In this document: one piece after another, positions 39,901-53,154 of the stretch | Layout: the number at the start of each line of letters is the position of its first letter | How positions within the stretch are numbered: position 1 is the stretch's first letter | NCBI GenBank assembly: GCA_965235115.1 | Contig: OZ249441.1 | Coordinates: 32,302,001 to 32,366,000, forward strand | Origin: Laetmonice hystrix | Taxonomy: Eukaryota | Length of the DNA stretch: 64,000 nt | Direction of reading: 5' to 3' | Made by a program: the position numbers and the translations under genes | The notes under the pieces: generated by a model | Told to the model about the DNA's origin: nothing | Databases searched by the model: none | The model's input: only the letters and a program-made list of their open reading frames with translations

Positions 39901-41841
39901 GTGGGTAGTCACACCCACCAGCCAAGCTATGTCCTTACATGGGACAGTCTCAAGTCTAAAAAAGAATTGATTGATTGAACCAACCGTCTTTTTTAGCAAG
40001 TTTTTCTTACTGCAGAAACCAACAGAATGCTTGCACCGTAACACCTCGAAAATTTCCTCAGCTCAAAAAAATAATTTGCAAATCTAGACGTACTAAATCA
40101 TTGATGTAACATTCCTTTTGCGATTACCCTGAAGATGTAAAGAAATGGCAACGAAAAACTGAATAACCCTCGAGATCAATCAGTATGCAAGCCGCAAGAC
40201 GGCTTGTTCTGAGAGCTTAGCTGTCACCATTCTTGTTTCCAAACGTATTTTTCTCCCATTTGATCTGAACTGTCTATTACAGGTGATACCGTTCTCGGCT
40301 GGCCTACCGCCAATACAATGACCACGACGAAAATTTGCTGTTAGTCTAATTCACTCTACGTTTTCACCGCGCAAGTTTCCAATTATAAGGCTTAAAATGA
40401 GTAAAAATATGAAGATGAAATTAATACGCCTTGATAATCCTTTAATGGAGGCTGCCGTTTGCATTCCATCGGCTCTATCAATGTTTGATATGGTTGATAT
40501 ACTGTTCGACTCACTCAACAGGAGATGCAACCAGGTTCAGAGATATCTAACATTTCTATCTGGACGAACTTTTTAGTCTACAATAACAACGCATACAGAA
40601 TATGTATAAGGGGTATATTCCTAATAAAAGATTAGCAATAAATCACTATAGTTCATGACGTTCGATAGGATGGGCACGCATGCCACCATCTAGTCAAATC
40701 ACTACCCTATCTCAGTCCGCAACACAACGTGTCCTGGTCAAGACTAATCTGTCTCTGACAGGGGAAGGGCTTCAAACAAATAAACCCTATAACTTTTTGT
40801 CAAAAATTGTTTACTTTCTCTATAGAATGCATATTCTATATTATGGGTTCTGTATACGAACGCAGAGAACTTCAGAGTTAATTATTATGAAGCAACCATT
40901 GTGTATGCCTATGAAAATAGGCATGACTGAACATTAAAGTATAATATGTAATATTTAAGTAGTTTCAATTAGAATACTCTTTATGATCACAAATGCCTTA
41001 AGAACTCCCTAACTTCAGGTTTTCCTTCGTAATATGAGAAAGCTAACTCAGCAGGTGAGGAATCTCCATATGGCCTGACGTGTCCTTTACGGGTGGGTAG
41101 TACCTAGTTATGCCACCTGGTGTTATGTAGACGCACTACAACCAGAGGCAGCTGTTGATAGTTGAGGACGATTGGCGTGTTTGTGTGACCACCCGTCAGT
41201 CACACGGCGTGAGTATGTCACTCAACCTGTGTCAGGAGCTCGGAGCTAACTGCTCATGTGATACTCTATCATATCATCCTATAGCACGATAGAGTTGTAA
41301 GTTTGAGCACAACGTCAGGCCTTTATAAGCACGGACTGATTGATCAGCATCCAGACTGATCGGGCCTGTTTACCACGGTAGTCTGCGCCACATACTGCTG
41401 CAAGCCCACATCTTCCACATCACCCGGGCTTCACAACACTTCTCATTGCCTGCAACTCTCGTCTACCCCCTTGTAATGATCGATTTGTCTTGTCACACTA
41501 CGCCAGGCACGCACAGTGGTGGTGATTCTTGCGTGTCGACAAATAAAAATTGCTGACTGGAGTTGTCGTGACGACAATCGTGATATCAGACCGTGGTAAC
41601 AGTCAGCGAGAGGCGAGAAGTATGTACATGTCCTTGCAAACTTTAAAACGCTTTGAGTAAATCCATTGAAAACCTATTCTTATACTTCTTACTTTATAAT
41701 GTGATCCTTACTACGAATGGGTGAGTCACAGCCCCCAACTGCACAGGGGCTAATTATCGGTGTGTCTAGGAACTATGTGTATACTTTTATTTTTGAGATA
41801 CAGTCCATTTGAGAACATCCATGATACATGAGTCACAAGAA

Positions 41842-43261
41842 CAGGGATGAAAGTGGCCAGCTGTAAAATTTCCTGAAATTCTGACCGGGGGGAGCGGCGG
41901 GGGCCAATGTCCATAATTAATATTTGTTCATGCGCACATCCAAGGCTTACCCCCCCCCCCCCCCTTAAACAGCAGACAATCATGATCCGATAAGGCCTCC
42001 TAGCTATTATATATTATAGGGCCTAGCCCTCAGTATTTAGTCGCCACCCCCCCCCCCAACCCCCCACCCCTGCAAATTTGCTGGATAGACTCCATCACTC
42101 ATCAGTCCATGCCCCTGTTCAAGGCTGTTGCTTGCCTGTCACTCACTGTCAACCTCTGCCTGGCTCTGCCGTCTCTTTCCAACATTGGAATCCAGTCGGC
42201 TTTTAGCGTCCAAAATGCAACCGATTACGTTGTCAAACAGCTTCCATGTGTTAGACTGACCACACAGGCTGTCCATCAGTCTTGACAATCAGCAGTCACG
42301 ACCCTCAGCGGCTCTCAGCCAAGCAACACAGTCGCTGAGTCGAGTGGTTCAGCCCGTGTGTCCATGTGCCACTCATGTTGTGAATAGGCTATTGTCACTT
42401 CCGGTCCTATCAGGACACCTGCACTGATCGACAAATGTAATGAAAAGTCCTGACAACCCCAAAACTTCAGTGAAAACCACTTACGTAATGCCATTATCCT
42501 CAAATTTATATGCAAGAAAACATTATGAGAACTTACTGACATATATACTAGGCAGATTCATAGAACTAAATTGACCCAGTTTCCTGTGAGGAGTGACATT
42601 GTGATGGTGCGTAGTTCGTCAGCCTAATCACTATCACCGGGACTAGACAGACAGGTCTGTCTATAGTCTCGTTGCTATCACTAAGTGAGCGCTCAGGCAA
42701 AACTCGCGCATGGATATGGCATAATGGCAAGCCTGAATCAACGGGCTTCGCAGCTGCCTGACCATCAGTTTTGCCTGAAGTCATTACCTGAGGTGAGTCG
42801 CTCTCACCACAGCGACACGGGGCCGTGCCTGCCAGACGGGACAGACGCCACCGCGTGCCGGTAGAAGTCAGCCCACGCGGGCCGGTCTATGTGAGCGATG
42901 TGACCGCAGCTACAGGGACACCAGCACCCCCGGCAGACCGGCCTATGCACGGCGGCACCCGTGACACTGGACGGGTTTGAGACACTCTAATATCCCCATC
43001 TATAAACGAACTTTGGCAGGTAGAGATATTGAGCTGCATGGTGTTAAAAAACGTCCTGGAAGGGGATATTGTTTCATTTGATATTAACAAATAAAATTGC
43101 CCACCACACAGTCCAGGGCAATACTTAGCCTTGGCTTGGCCGACCTCTTTTGCCTATAGATCTAGGCCTATTTCCTTTTTTGGGTGTTATTTCTTAGGGG
43201 GGGGGGGGGATTTTTTCAAATTTCCTGATTTCAGGAAATTTCCTGAAAACTTTCATCCCTG
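41842..43261. mobile_element. Non-autonomous hAT-type element, 13-bp TIR CAGGGATGAAAGT, 6-bp flanking direct repeat CAAGAA
   Basis: Perfect TIRs at 41842-41854 and 43249-43261. CAAGAA lies at 41836-41841 and 43262-43267. Subterminal aaatttcctgaa motifs occur at both ends. Confidence 0.7.
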
Positions 43262-43280
43262 CAAGAAACTTCATCCAAAC

Positions 43281-43575
43281 AATTTGAGTTATTGCTCCAA
43301 ACGGGTTTAAACCCACCAAACGGCCATTCTGAATGATATGTCGCCATATTTGCCATAAACTAAGAATACATCGGCATACCCCTCATATGTGCTTCTTCAT
43401 TGCACCTTCGGGTTGGGAGATAAAAATTTGAGTTATTGCTCCAAACCGGTTTAAACCCGCCAAACGGCCATTCTGAATGATATGCCGCCATATTTGCCAT
43501 AAACTAAGAATACATTGGCATATACCCCTCATAATGTGCTTCTTCTTTGCACCTTCGGGTTGGGAGATAAAAATC
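43281..43575. repeat. Tandem repeat, about 144 bp x2, possibly the internal array of a non-autonomous (Helentron-type) element
   Basis: aatttgagttattgctccaaac at 43281 and 43425. The duplication is clear but the element class is an inference only. Confidence 0.8.
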
Positions 43576-44062
43576 AGGTCCTTTTCACAAGTTTGAGGCG
43601 TCAAAAATAAATTTATATTAATTATAAAGTCAAGGCATCCGTGAACGAAAATGATATTTTGAGGCATAGTAACGTAAGTGGGTCCATTAATACCGTTTAT
43701 GTAGAGGTCCCCTCTACTGTCATCAAGGAGAAACGTTATTCCTTGACTTTTGTTTGTTTTACGGAATGTCACTTTGAGGTCACGTATCACCCTGTTGACA
43801 TTCCGGTGATGGCTCACAGCCCGTTTCCACAGAAGACCGTCCCGACATTATTGGGTTAAAATATCGACATATCCTTTTCGTAAGATGAGGGGTTAAGGAA
43901 GAAAACGTGAGGCAACCCGATAGTTTCTAGATGATGGGGCTCACACCCTCCTGTCTTATGCACCTGGCGACCGCTATAACAGTAAAGATTATCGAGTAAC
44001 GAAGGAGCGTTTGATGTTGTATACAGACGCAATACCATTGCTGACGTTACTGGAACACTCAC

Positions 44063-44298
44063 CTGTCTTGCTCGCCGGTCTTCTTCCGTCGAAGGCCGAG
44101 TCGGGTGAGGGCCTCATCAGAAAGACTCGGGAAGGCGCCGGTCGGGGCGGTCGTCAGAGAGGTGGTGTCGTTGTCTGCGCTGTTTCTCACCATTGGCTCG
44201 GTGTCGTTGGTAGGTTTGGGCAGCTCCGACTCGGAGGTCTCGGTCAACTCGGGCATATTGGACTGCTTCAACAGCGACCGCTTTTTCAGCAGGTTCTC
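44063..44298 (-). CDS. IRAG2: IRAG/LRMP-family gene, internal exon (236 nt, ENLLKKRS...AFPSLSDEALTRLGLRRKKTGEQD)
   Basis: Acceptor tttctgtttatttctcag|GAG and donor AG|GTGAGT, phase 0-2. FPSLSDEALTRL resembles the motif I recall just upstream of the IRAG1 coiled coil (PNISDVMLRKL). Confidence 0.85.
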
Positions 44299-47200
44299 CT
44301 GAGAAATAAACAGAAAGATGGCACCATGAGACGAGGTGAAACAGAACGTCGTTCTGCGGTCTGATTTCCCCCAAAAGTTGGCGTCACGGTCAAGTACCTG
44401 AATCATTAATAATACCTGTCAATATTGACTGGAGCCTCCCAGTCCATGCCATACAAGATGCTGCATTTCACATGAAGATACAAACTTCACCGCAAACACA
44501 TGTATTATTGTGAAGTAGCCAAATTCCTGCAACGCATCACACCAGCCAGGGAGGAAAAACTATACTTTCATGTTTGCTGGTAACTTACCCTGTTTCTGAG
44601 AAATTTAAACAAACGCACAGACTCGATCTTCTGTCGCAAAGTAGCTTAGATGTCCATGACTCTAGCTTCTTCTTAGTATCTGAGCTTTGATCCTCCACAC
44701 TAGACCTGTTTGTTTCTGTCAGGTCTGCTTCCTCTACCTGTTCCTCTCTCTGTGAATGCTGCTGCAGCTATCGGAGACAGTTGTGTGCACTCACCCACCG
44801 TCACAGTGAAGTGTTTTACTACCCCGCTTCCGCGTTCACTCGACAGGGTTTCCCAAATAATTTGGTAAAACCAACCAACCCAAACGACAACAACAAAAAA
44901 GTTTCGTGAGTGAGGTTACGCGAGTTCTCCACATTTACCTTCCTGTCTCCTTACCTGGTGATCAAAACAGTACCTCCATCACGAAGTCAGCCTCTGCACT
45001 GAATTACTCTTCCTGATGTCTACTTCAAAACATCAACACAAACTGCTTACCCTCACCCCACCTGGGGAAAAAACACAACTGCACACGTTTTCTAATCACG
45101 ACGTCACCCACCACTAAGCGGATATAATTAAAGGCGAACATCCGATAAAATAGGAGGGGGGGGGGGGGTGTACTCCCGGCAGCTTTTCGAGACTCGCCTG
45201 ATGTTTACACTGCTGTCACACTCCGGTGACGATTGTGTCACGACGTCGTCATAATGCTCACTTGATTAGGGCCCCTGGAGGCTGGCAGATTCTGCGCTAG
45301 TCAGATAAAGTGATAGTTTTAATGATGGGCCCACAAGGGACCAGCTCAGGACCACCAGCAGGGTTAAAATCCCAGGACACATATTACTTCTAACGTTGCT
45401 TCCAATTATGTGGTGGTATCATAATTTACTTTCACATTGAATTTAATACCACAGGAGGACGGGTTTCTGCCATTGTCTGCCACATGCAGCTTTCCTGCCT
45501 GGATGACTTTGACTGGACCCTGGCTTTGTTTTCTAACCCCCCAATGCGGTGGGAACATGGCTGGGGTAAGCACTGACTACTATATAATTCGTAAGATATT
45601 GTGTAGGTCCTAATAATATTAGGCCCTGGCAGGATGCAATCATCCCACTGGGGGTTGAAACATAAAACCTGACAGCTCGACCTCACTGTCCTCTTCACAT
45701 CGCTGTGCTGCGTGTCCAGACTGTCACGTCTGGTATCCAGCAATGATAAACTGCCACATCTCAGGCCCTTAGCTCAGCTAACAGAATATCACAGATTGAT
45801 CGGAAGGATTGCTGGGAAGTCTTACCCCAAGCTCCCAGATAAAACCTTCTCCTGCCAGACAAGGCCGGCATACCAGCTCAGTCTAGTGTTACCTCTAATC
45901 CACCAGACACATTCTACAATATTGATGTTCGGGTAATTGGAGCGAACAAACTGCTATGTCTGCGACTATTGATAGTCACTAGTCACTAAATGTATGTCTA
46001 GATAATTTTATCAACGACTTTATTGTAACTGACAGTTGATATTTTCCTCAAGTAGTAGTTATACCCTATAACAGTACATTATACCTTTAATCTACTACTG
46101 AAAAAAACTATTTTATAAACTCGTATCTGAATTTCAAAATCCAATAATTTATTCCTTGCTTTACATAATTGTCAAATTGAAGCAAACTATTATCCCCGTC
46201 CGTGATATTTCCGTGGTTTCAATCCAACGACCAATCTAAAAGGTCACTCACTACCAAGGTACATTAACGCAATGCTCTGGATTACGATCAGACCAAATAT
46301 GTATGCTAACATATTCATTCAATTAAAAGCCACAAAATCGACCGCCTGTCATATTAAACAACCTAGATTTACCTGCAATCTCGTCATAAATTGGAAGCAA
46401 AACAACTGCGCATGTAGTTGTAATACGGAGCAGCGTGTGCCATCAGTAATTGCCTTCCTTCGCTTCACGCTCCACGTCATCGTCGCCACGCCGGTTTGCC
46501 ATGGCAGTGGTTTGTAAACTCCACGGACCGTGCTCGGGCGACTGAACTTGTAATTTTCTTACATTTGTTGCCATTATTTGATCGCCATATTTAAATATTA
46601 TGTTGCTAAGGATGAAAGGTACGTTTCATATAACAGACTCAAACCCTCATTAAACTTGCGGGGTTTGCTAACCAAGTTGTCGCTCGTCACAGCCAGACGA
46701 TAAATGTAACACCACGAGGTATGTTAACAATAGAAGATTTATTAGGGGGTCCAACTCGCTCTGTAATAGTTAATGTCAGTCACCCATGTGAGACGGGGAT
46801 TCCCCTGAAAACCGGAAGCACTCCATGAGGTCCAACAACACTGCTCAAAATGAATATACTTTGTTCACAGCCCTTTCCCAAGATGGAAATATGACACCTC
46901 GGCAATCAGAGGAACTCGAAGTGCTCTTCTAGTAAGGTAGCCAAATGATTGCAATGCACAATATAAATATGTATTTAATATCATTGGTAATTTATACTCT
47001 ATTACTTACTGGCCTTGTGGCTCATTACAGGGCGCCTCGCGGCCACCTACTGAGAAACCCCGCTGCATGACAAAGGTTTGTTGCCTTTCGTTTTTTTACC
47101 TCTGCGAGTTACTGCTAGCCTAATTTTAAAATGGCTTCTTAACTATTAAAGCTTAAAAACAATGATCCAATTTCTGTAATTTCGTGGCATTACAATAAAG

Positions 47201-50059
47201 AGATAAGAAGAAATATTGTTAATGCAATTCAAGTGGATCCCATGGACAGGTGTATGGGAGTAAAGGGACTGTGAAGATCTTGATGCCTGAAGTGAAAGAA
47301 TTTGTTGACAGAATCTATTCACCTAACACGGTAGGGAGAGCTAGGGGGGGGGGATTAATTACCAAATGGTGACGAGAAAGTGTTTTGTCGCCTCACGGGA
47401 CCCATCTTCCGCTGCCAGCGGACCTCCTCTATCCACGAGCCCACTATAGGAGGTTTGTCATGGGAGGACATTCAATGATTACTTCCGTACACCGCGACAC
47501 TGATAGCCTGATGTATTTATTCGAGATTTCATTATTAGCCACTTGGCCAGTTGCCGGTACAATCTGCCGTTTGGATATGTACTCTAGTATGTATATTATG
47601 ATCTGGAAATGCTGGAAGATATATATACAGATTTATAACCCGTCAAACGTGCCAAAATGGCAACAGTTTGTCGGAAATGTACGACGTTCACCGTTTGTGT
47701 TATCCTTTTGGTGGACCGTTTCAGGAATACAGGTCTGATAACGCTTGCCACTATTTGTTATCATCATGGCGATGTCAGGCTCCTTAAACAACATTGGTCA
47801 GGGACTTGAAACACAGGTGTCATAGTTATTGGGACAAAACATGTATTGTAATCACAAAAATTGTAATACTGATATTGTAATACTGAAATAATGAAAACTG
47901 AGGGTGTGGGGTATATACTCAAACGGGGGGGGGGAGCACATAAAAAATCAATTGTCTTGAATTAAGCCTTTTTAAGTCACGGAACGTCTATGTACTGATT
48001 AATGTGTGCGAATGTGCTTATACAGATGGGGGATAACTCCTTGATGGGAAGCTTTACTTACTGTAAGAAGTGCCATCTGAGGTTGGCGGACTGGCTGCGG
48101 CTGCCTGTCGCCTTGGTGCCTGTACATCTTTCTCGATTTTTTTTCTCAACACCAGAGCCTGTCCGACAACATTCACTAATCAAATCTCACAGTGTCCGCC
48201 CTAACCAGCAGCACAAGGATCTCAGTAAACAGATCCCTCCTGCATAGGTGGCCGTCCTCAGCCTGCAGGCCTTGCATCTGGCTCAGGTTTCTGGACACCT
48301 AGTTGAGCGGACGTCAGGCAGAGTCCTACGATCAACATGAGACCCGTCGCAGATCTTCCCTTTTAACAACGTTAGACGCTCTAGGTGTCTTTTAAAGGTG
48401 TCACTTCCCAGGTGTTTTACGCGCTATGTCATCATTGTTAGTCTTTCTCAGAATCAGTCCTCATGCAACTGTTAGTAGGCGATAGCGTATACCCAAATAT
48501 GACAGGAACATTCTGAGTCCGCGTATAAAAGGGCAGGAGTTGTCACGTCGTTGACGGATAGACAAGGTAAGATTCACGAGCTGATTGTATACCTCCCAGT
48601 AAGACTGCCTTGATATGAAGACAGCGAGTGTACTATAACATCGACTGTTGCTGGTCTTCAGGGCCGGCCTACTCGTGGTTCAATCACCTGAGGTACCGAG
48701 GTCGGTTAACGAAGTGGTTATAGGCTGGTGACGGAACCACCACCGCTGCTGGTCCTGCTGCTGGCAGGAAGGTGATGATGACCTCTGGGTGTCAGCAATG
48801 GTTGCCGGTCTCGTCTCCTGTTGTTGGTCGTCACACCTCCACCATGCAGTCGCTGCTGATGTTGGTGCTGGCACTGACACCAGAATGATCTGCTTTCAGC
48901 ACCAACTCCTTTCAGCCACCCAACGCAACTCACGTACAGCACAACATAGTGATACACGAGTCTCCAGCAACCTCCTGCGCCTCCACCAATGGCCATCAAT
49001 GTACGCTGCTAGTCTGTCAGAAACCTCACCTCCACCGAGATTTTACCAGGCTCCCAGAACTAACTGCAAGCCCAAGATGGGATAGAATATGGATGAAAAC
49101 CCCGAAGATTTCCCTGGTTGGATTCTGATGCCACCTTTGGTAAGGGTCAACCGGCGTTGTGGGAGATGAGGTAGGCGGTTCGCGTTGATCCCCTGCTACC
49201 CCGGCCGATGATGGCGCTACAGCAGGTGGGAGTCTGGCTCCCAGCATCCACCCCCTCCACACATCCCTAGTGACAGAACTGAAGACACTGTAGCGTGACT
49301 ACACGGCTACCGCGCCAGGCACGGAGTCTTGGTTGAGCAGTTGACCGGCAGCAAGGGAGGAGGGTGGGGATGGGGGTGGGGGTGGAGGGGGGAGGGGAGG
49401 GGAACAGCCGGCCACACCAATTCACCATCGGCATCCTAAGTGATGGCCATCCGTAGCAGGCCGACTGGTGCCAGTCCTTGGAGGCTGGGTGGGTTAAAAT
49501 ACGGCTGTTTGATGCTGCAGAACGACCTCTGGTGAACGATGTTACTCTCCGCATGTCAAGGGTGCGTGAATCAGGCAATCCGGAGGCACATTCCAACCAC
49601 CTATTCATAATCATACTTGCTGAATGTGGTTGTATCAACTATTTTTGGGCTTATTGAAATGCAGGTATTAATGAAATATCGTCGAGCGAGGCAACAGGGC
49701 ACGGTTACTTGTTAGACGTTCAATAATCCTTTTACTTGATGTAACGATTATTCCTTTGTTATAATTCTTAGATGCTTCCACACCATGTAAAGATTTCTCA
49801 AAAATTATACCAGCTTCCTTTTAAAATACAGATACTTTCATAATGAAACCTATATTGAGTTTAAGCAAAGCTGGTGATGAACTCAAAGAAATTTTCCCTA
49901 ACTACCTAACTTCCCTATTAGATATTTCCTATTATTTCCTATACAAAATGCACTTGTGAACTGGAACCTCATCAAGCAGTGTTCACTAACTTCATAAAGA
50001 ATATCTACTCAGCAACAATTATTAAGTCGCCAGTCGAAAAAAAGTGCCAATTCGGATAC

Positions 50060-50260
50060 GTCCAAACCTATCGTCTATTTCTTGCATTAGGTTGAGTAGA
50101 CCTGCTCCTCTATACATCAACCACTTGGCCGTGTAATGAAGGAGAGTTAGTAACTTTCTACCAACTGTATTCAGATGAACAGCTCACTGCGCTTCCATTA
50201 ATGCAAGAATCATTCTCGCCAATTCCATAATTGATGCGCTAGGTCAGACAATAATTCCAC
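50060..50260 (+). mobile_element. Possible highly decayed non-LTR reverse-transcriptase remnant
   Basis: PAPLYINHL**... followed after a frameshift by QLYSDEQL echoes LYINDL...LYADDTQL. This is weak. Confidence 0.2.
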
Positions 50261-50531
50261 AGTTATAACTCAACCTACTTTATGCTGCTCATCAGGCTCA
50301 AAGTAATGACTTTCTAGAGGTAATCACAGAGACAAGGGATGCGTCTGGCCGATCTGAATCGCTTCCAGCTCTGCCAGCTCCAGCCTCACACAGTGTTTCT
50401 CACAAAAGTCGATGACCGTGTTAATTAGCGGCCTCTTGTAGTCACGAAGCCTTTACGATGATGGCAACGGAAGCAAAAGTTTCGCCAATGCTGCTCAGCA
50501 CTCGACCTTTCCAGCTTGCTCTCTGCTTATA

Positions 50532-50608
50532 CAGGGTATCTAAAAAAATTAATAAAATTGGCCATAATGAACCTTTCAACATGGATTATCTTTTTGTGAG
50601 ACACCCCC
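50532..50608. mobile_element. Possible tiny Tc1/mariner-type MITE
   Basis: TA|CAGGGTATCTAAAAAAA ... TTTTTGTGAGACACCCCC|TA, with imperfect inverted ends. Confidence 0.35.
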
Positions 50609-52944
50609 TATATAGCAATATGTAGGTTAAACAAAATCCCCTAAAGTTTTCCTGGACACCTTGAATGGATATGACACATACTGACACTCCGGCCGTAAGG
50701 TGGGTAGCAGACAATCGATATATGGCTTTCAGTGTGCCATATTTCATCAATATAACGCTGACTGACAAATCTATCACTGGTACATTCCACCTTGGTTGCC
50801 AGTCTGACGTTTGTTGCCTCTGGAAAGATTACCGTGATCAACTATAAATAGATTTCTCTGGCTGGTTGACATAGACGCTGAGTGTTTACAACAAAATCAA
50901 TTTTGTTTTTGGCTGTTATCTCTAGAATGGCTCTTCGAATTTGTTATGTCTCACTATGAACCAATGTGAAAAATTATCTTTTATTTGCCTGTGGCTATAG
51001 TTTGTCTCCTTGTGGAGTCCGTCATATAGCTGCTCCTCTTTAAATATAGATCAGAATGATGAGGCCGCCAAAGACGGGATTTCTCCTCTCAGCTGAACTA
51101 TTTTGTTTCCCCTCATAATACACGACGACCGTACCGCCAATTCATCACTTGATGGTCTACACTACAATAAAAACCTTATTACATCGGCGTCAATTATACG
51201 ACTGTTCTTTTTGTACAATTGAATGAAGTAGATCCGGTAAGAAAAGACCTAAATTCACGAAGATATAATGTCTCTTGGATCTGTGTATGTCTCGTACGAG
51301 CGATGAATGTTCATGTATCCGCGACAGTCAGATTGGGTTTTCAGAATAAATATTAGAAAATGCCATTTAAGCCAAGAACCATCAACTGCCTATTGGAGAG
51401 TTTGGTGAAGGCCGGGGCAGTCGCGTCAGTTGTGGATGAGGGTATGGACGAGGCGGCAAGCTGTCATTGGGACGCTCCATCATAGGCGACTGGTCCATGC
51501 AGTCTGTCTGTCAGGACATCTTTGTATGACGTCAGTCCTTTATTCAGGACTCCTGGCTATGTTTGATTAAAGAGACATTTCACGGAGAAATGTGGAAAAA
51601 TCGTTGTTTTGCCGATTTCATCTTGTTTTTTTTTCATCTGAAGTAAGGTGAAAGCGTGATTGACATCCTTCGGGAATCCTCCGTTGGTAACCCGTGGTTA
51701 CCTACCGTGGTCGACAACGCTGTACCTCTCATGTATTAACAAAAATAGAGCAGAGAAATCCCAATTGCCTCATTTTCCCTACTTCCAACTACACATGCAT
51801 GCACTTTGTAAAAAGACTCCGGGAAAAGATCTAATTAACTTCCGAAGCGTAATTAGAACTCCGTGGATCCTCCTAAACGAAAAACTCACAGTTGTAAGTA
51901 AAACACAACCTTTAACTACCCCTGGCTGATGCTCCCTTTCCAATATTTGTTTCACATAGAAAACGACGATGACGTCATTACTCAAGGCATTTCGAGACTT
52001 TATCTCCTGTTTCAATTCTCTCATCTACCAAAGGTGGTAAAAGCACCAAAGAGTTATTCCTGCCTAAAAAGGTACACTTAAATGCCAGCTTGTAATAAAA
52101 AAATGATAATAAAATAAAGCATCCCCCAGTTAAGGACTGCAAGCAGTCAGGCGGCAGAACTATACATGACTGCAGACAGAGCCAGGTAAAATCAGATATA
52201 AAACTCCATTCAGTTAGTAATTTAATAACGGCGTGCATGACCCCTCTTTGTACAAACCACATCACGGTGGGGAAAAAAGAGAGCTGATGCAATAAACATA
52301 ATAAAAAATACAGTGCGTTTAACTACCCCAGCAAACTTGCAACAGGAGTATTCACTGGTGTCGACTCACTGACCCATGATGTTCATGCTTGAGATCTGTG
52401 GTTTCCAAAGTCGAGACAGGTTTATTATGCACAGTTCAGATTTATGTCCCCTTCCTATGTGGTTCACTAAAACAGTTTCTGGTCATTGCCAGCCTTAACA
52501 AGCGTAAGCCAAACAACTACAGCTAACCCATCATGATGCAATGTGCACGACAGGGTTGGTGTACAAGACGTCATACCTCTCTATTCTCTCTATCTCTACA
52601 TCAATTTGTGAGTGCGTATGTGTGTGTACGTAGCTGTACACCAAACTTGAATTGAATCAGGACGAATCACACACGGTTTCCAGGCACTACTTACTACGAA
52701 CCATATGTACAGTGTAACAGACAGGCCACTTCAACACCGATTACGAAACTGATGAATCATTACATAAGACAGTCAAAGGAAAAATCATATTCCAAGACAT
52801 CCACCAAAGTGCTAAACCAAGTCCAGCCCACAGACCATCCACTAGAAAAACCAGCAAGATGCACTCTACATATAGACATACATATGTACATGATGACTGA
52901 AACAAACGACACACTCGTTGAGAGACGAACTCCTGATGACTTAC

Positions 52945-53154
52945 CTCCCGAATCTTGGACAGATGAACATTGATGCGGAAAGGTTTGTTAGTAGAGTCAG
53001 CTGAAGCTGGGGTTGTGGTGGTGGTGGTGGTGGTGCTAGTGGTGGTAGTGGCGGTAGTGGTGATTGCGATGCTACCAGCACCAGTGGAACTTTTTTGCTG
53101 CGTGAGACCTTGAAGGATGTCACTCTTTACGTCCAGTTCACTGTCACTCGCGTC
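52945..53154 (-). CDS. IRAG2: IRAG/LRMP-family gene, internal exon (210 nt, DASDSELD...poly-Thr...HLSKIRE)
   Basis: Acceptor gtgtgttttcctcag|GAC and donor GAG|GTAAGT. The exon is open, phase 0-0, and joins in frame to the next exon. Confidence 0.75.
53011..53064 (-). repeat. Coding trinucleotide microsatellite ((ACC/ACT)n, poly-Thr tract)
   Basis: GGT-rich run on the plus strand inside exon 53154-52945, encoding ITTTATTTTSTTTTTTTT. Confidence 0.9.
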
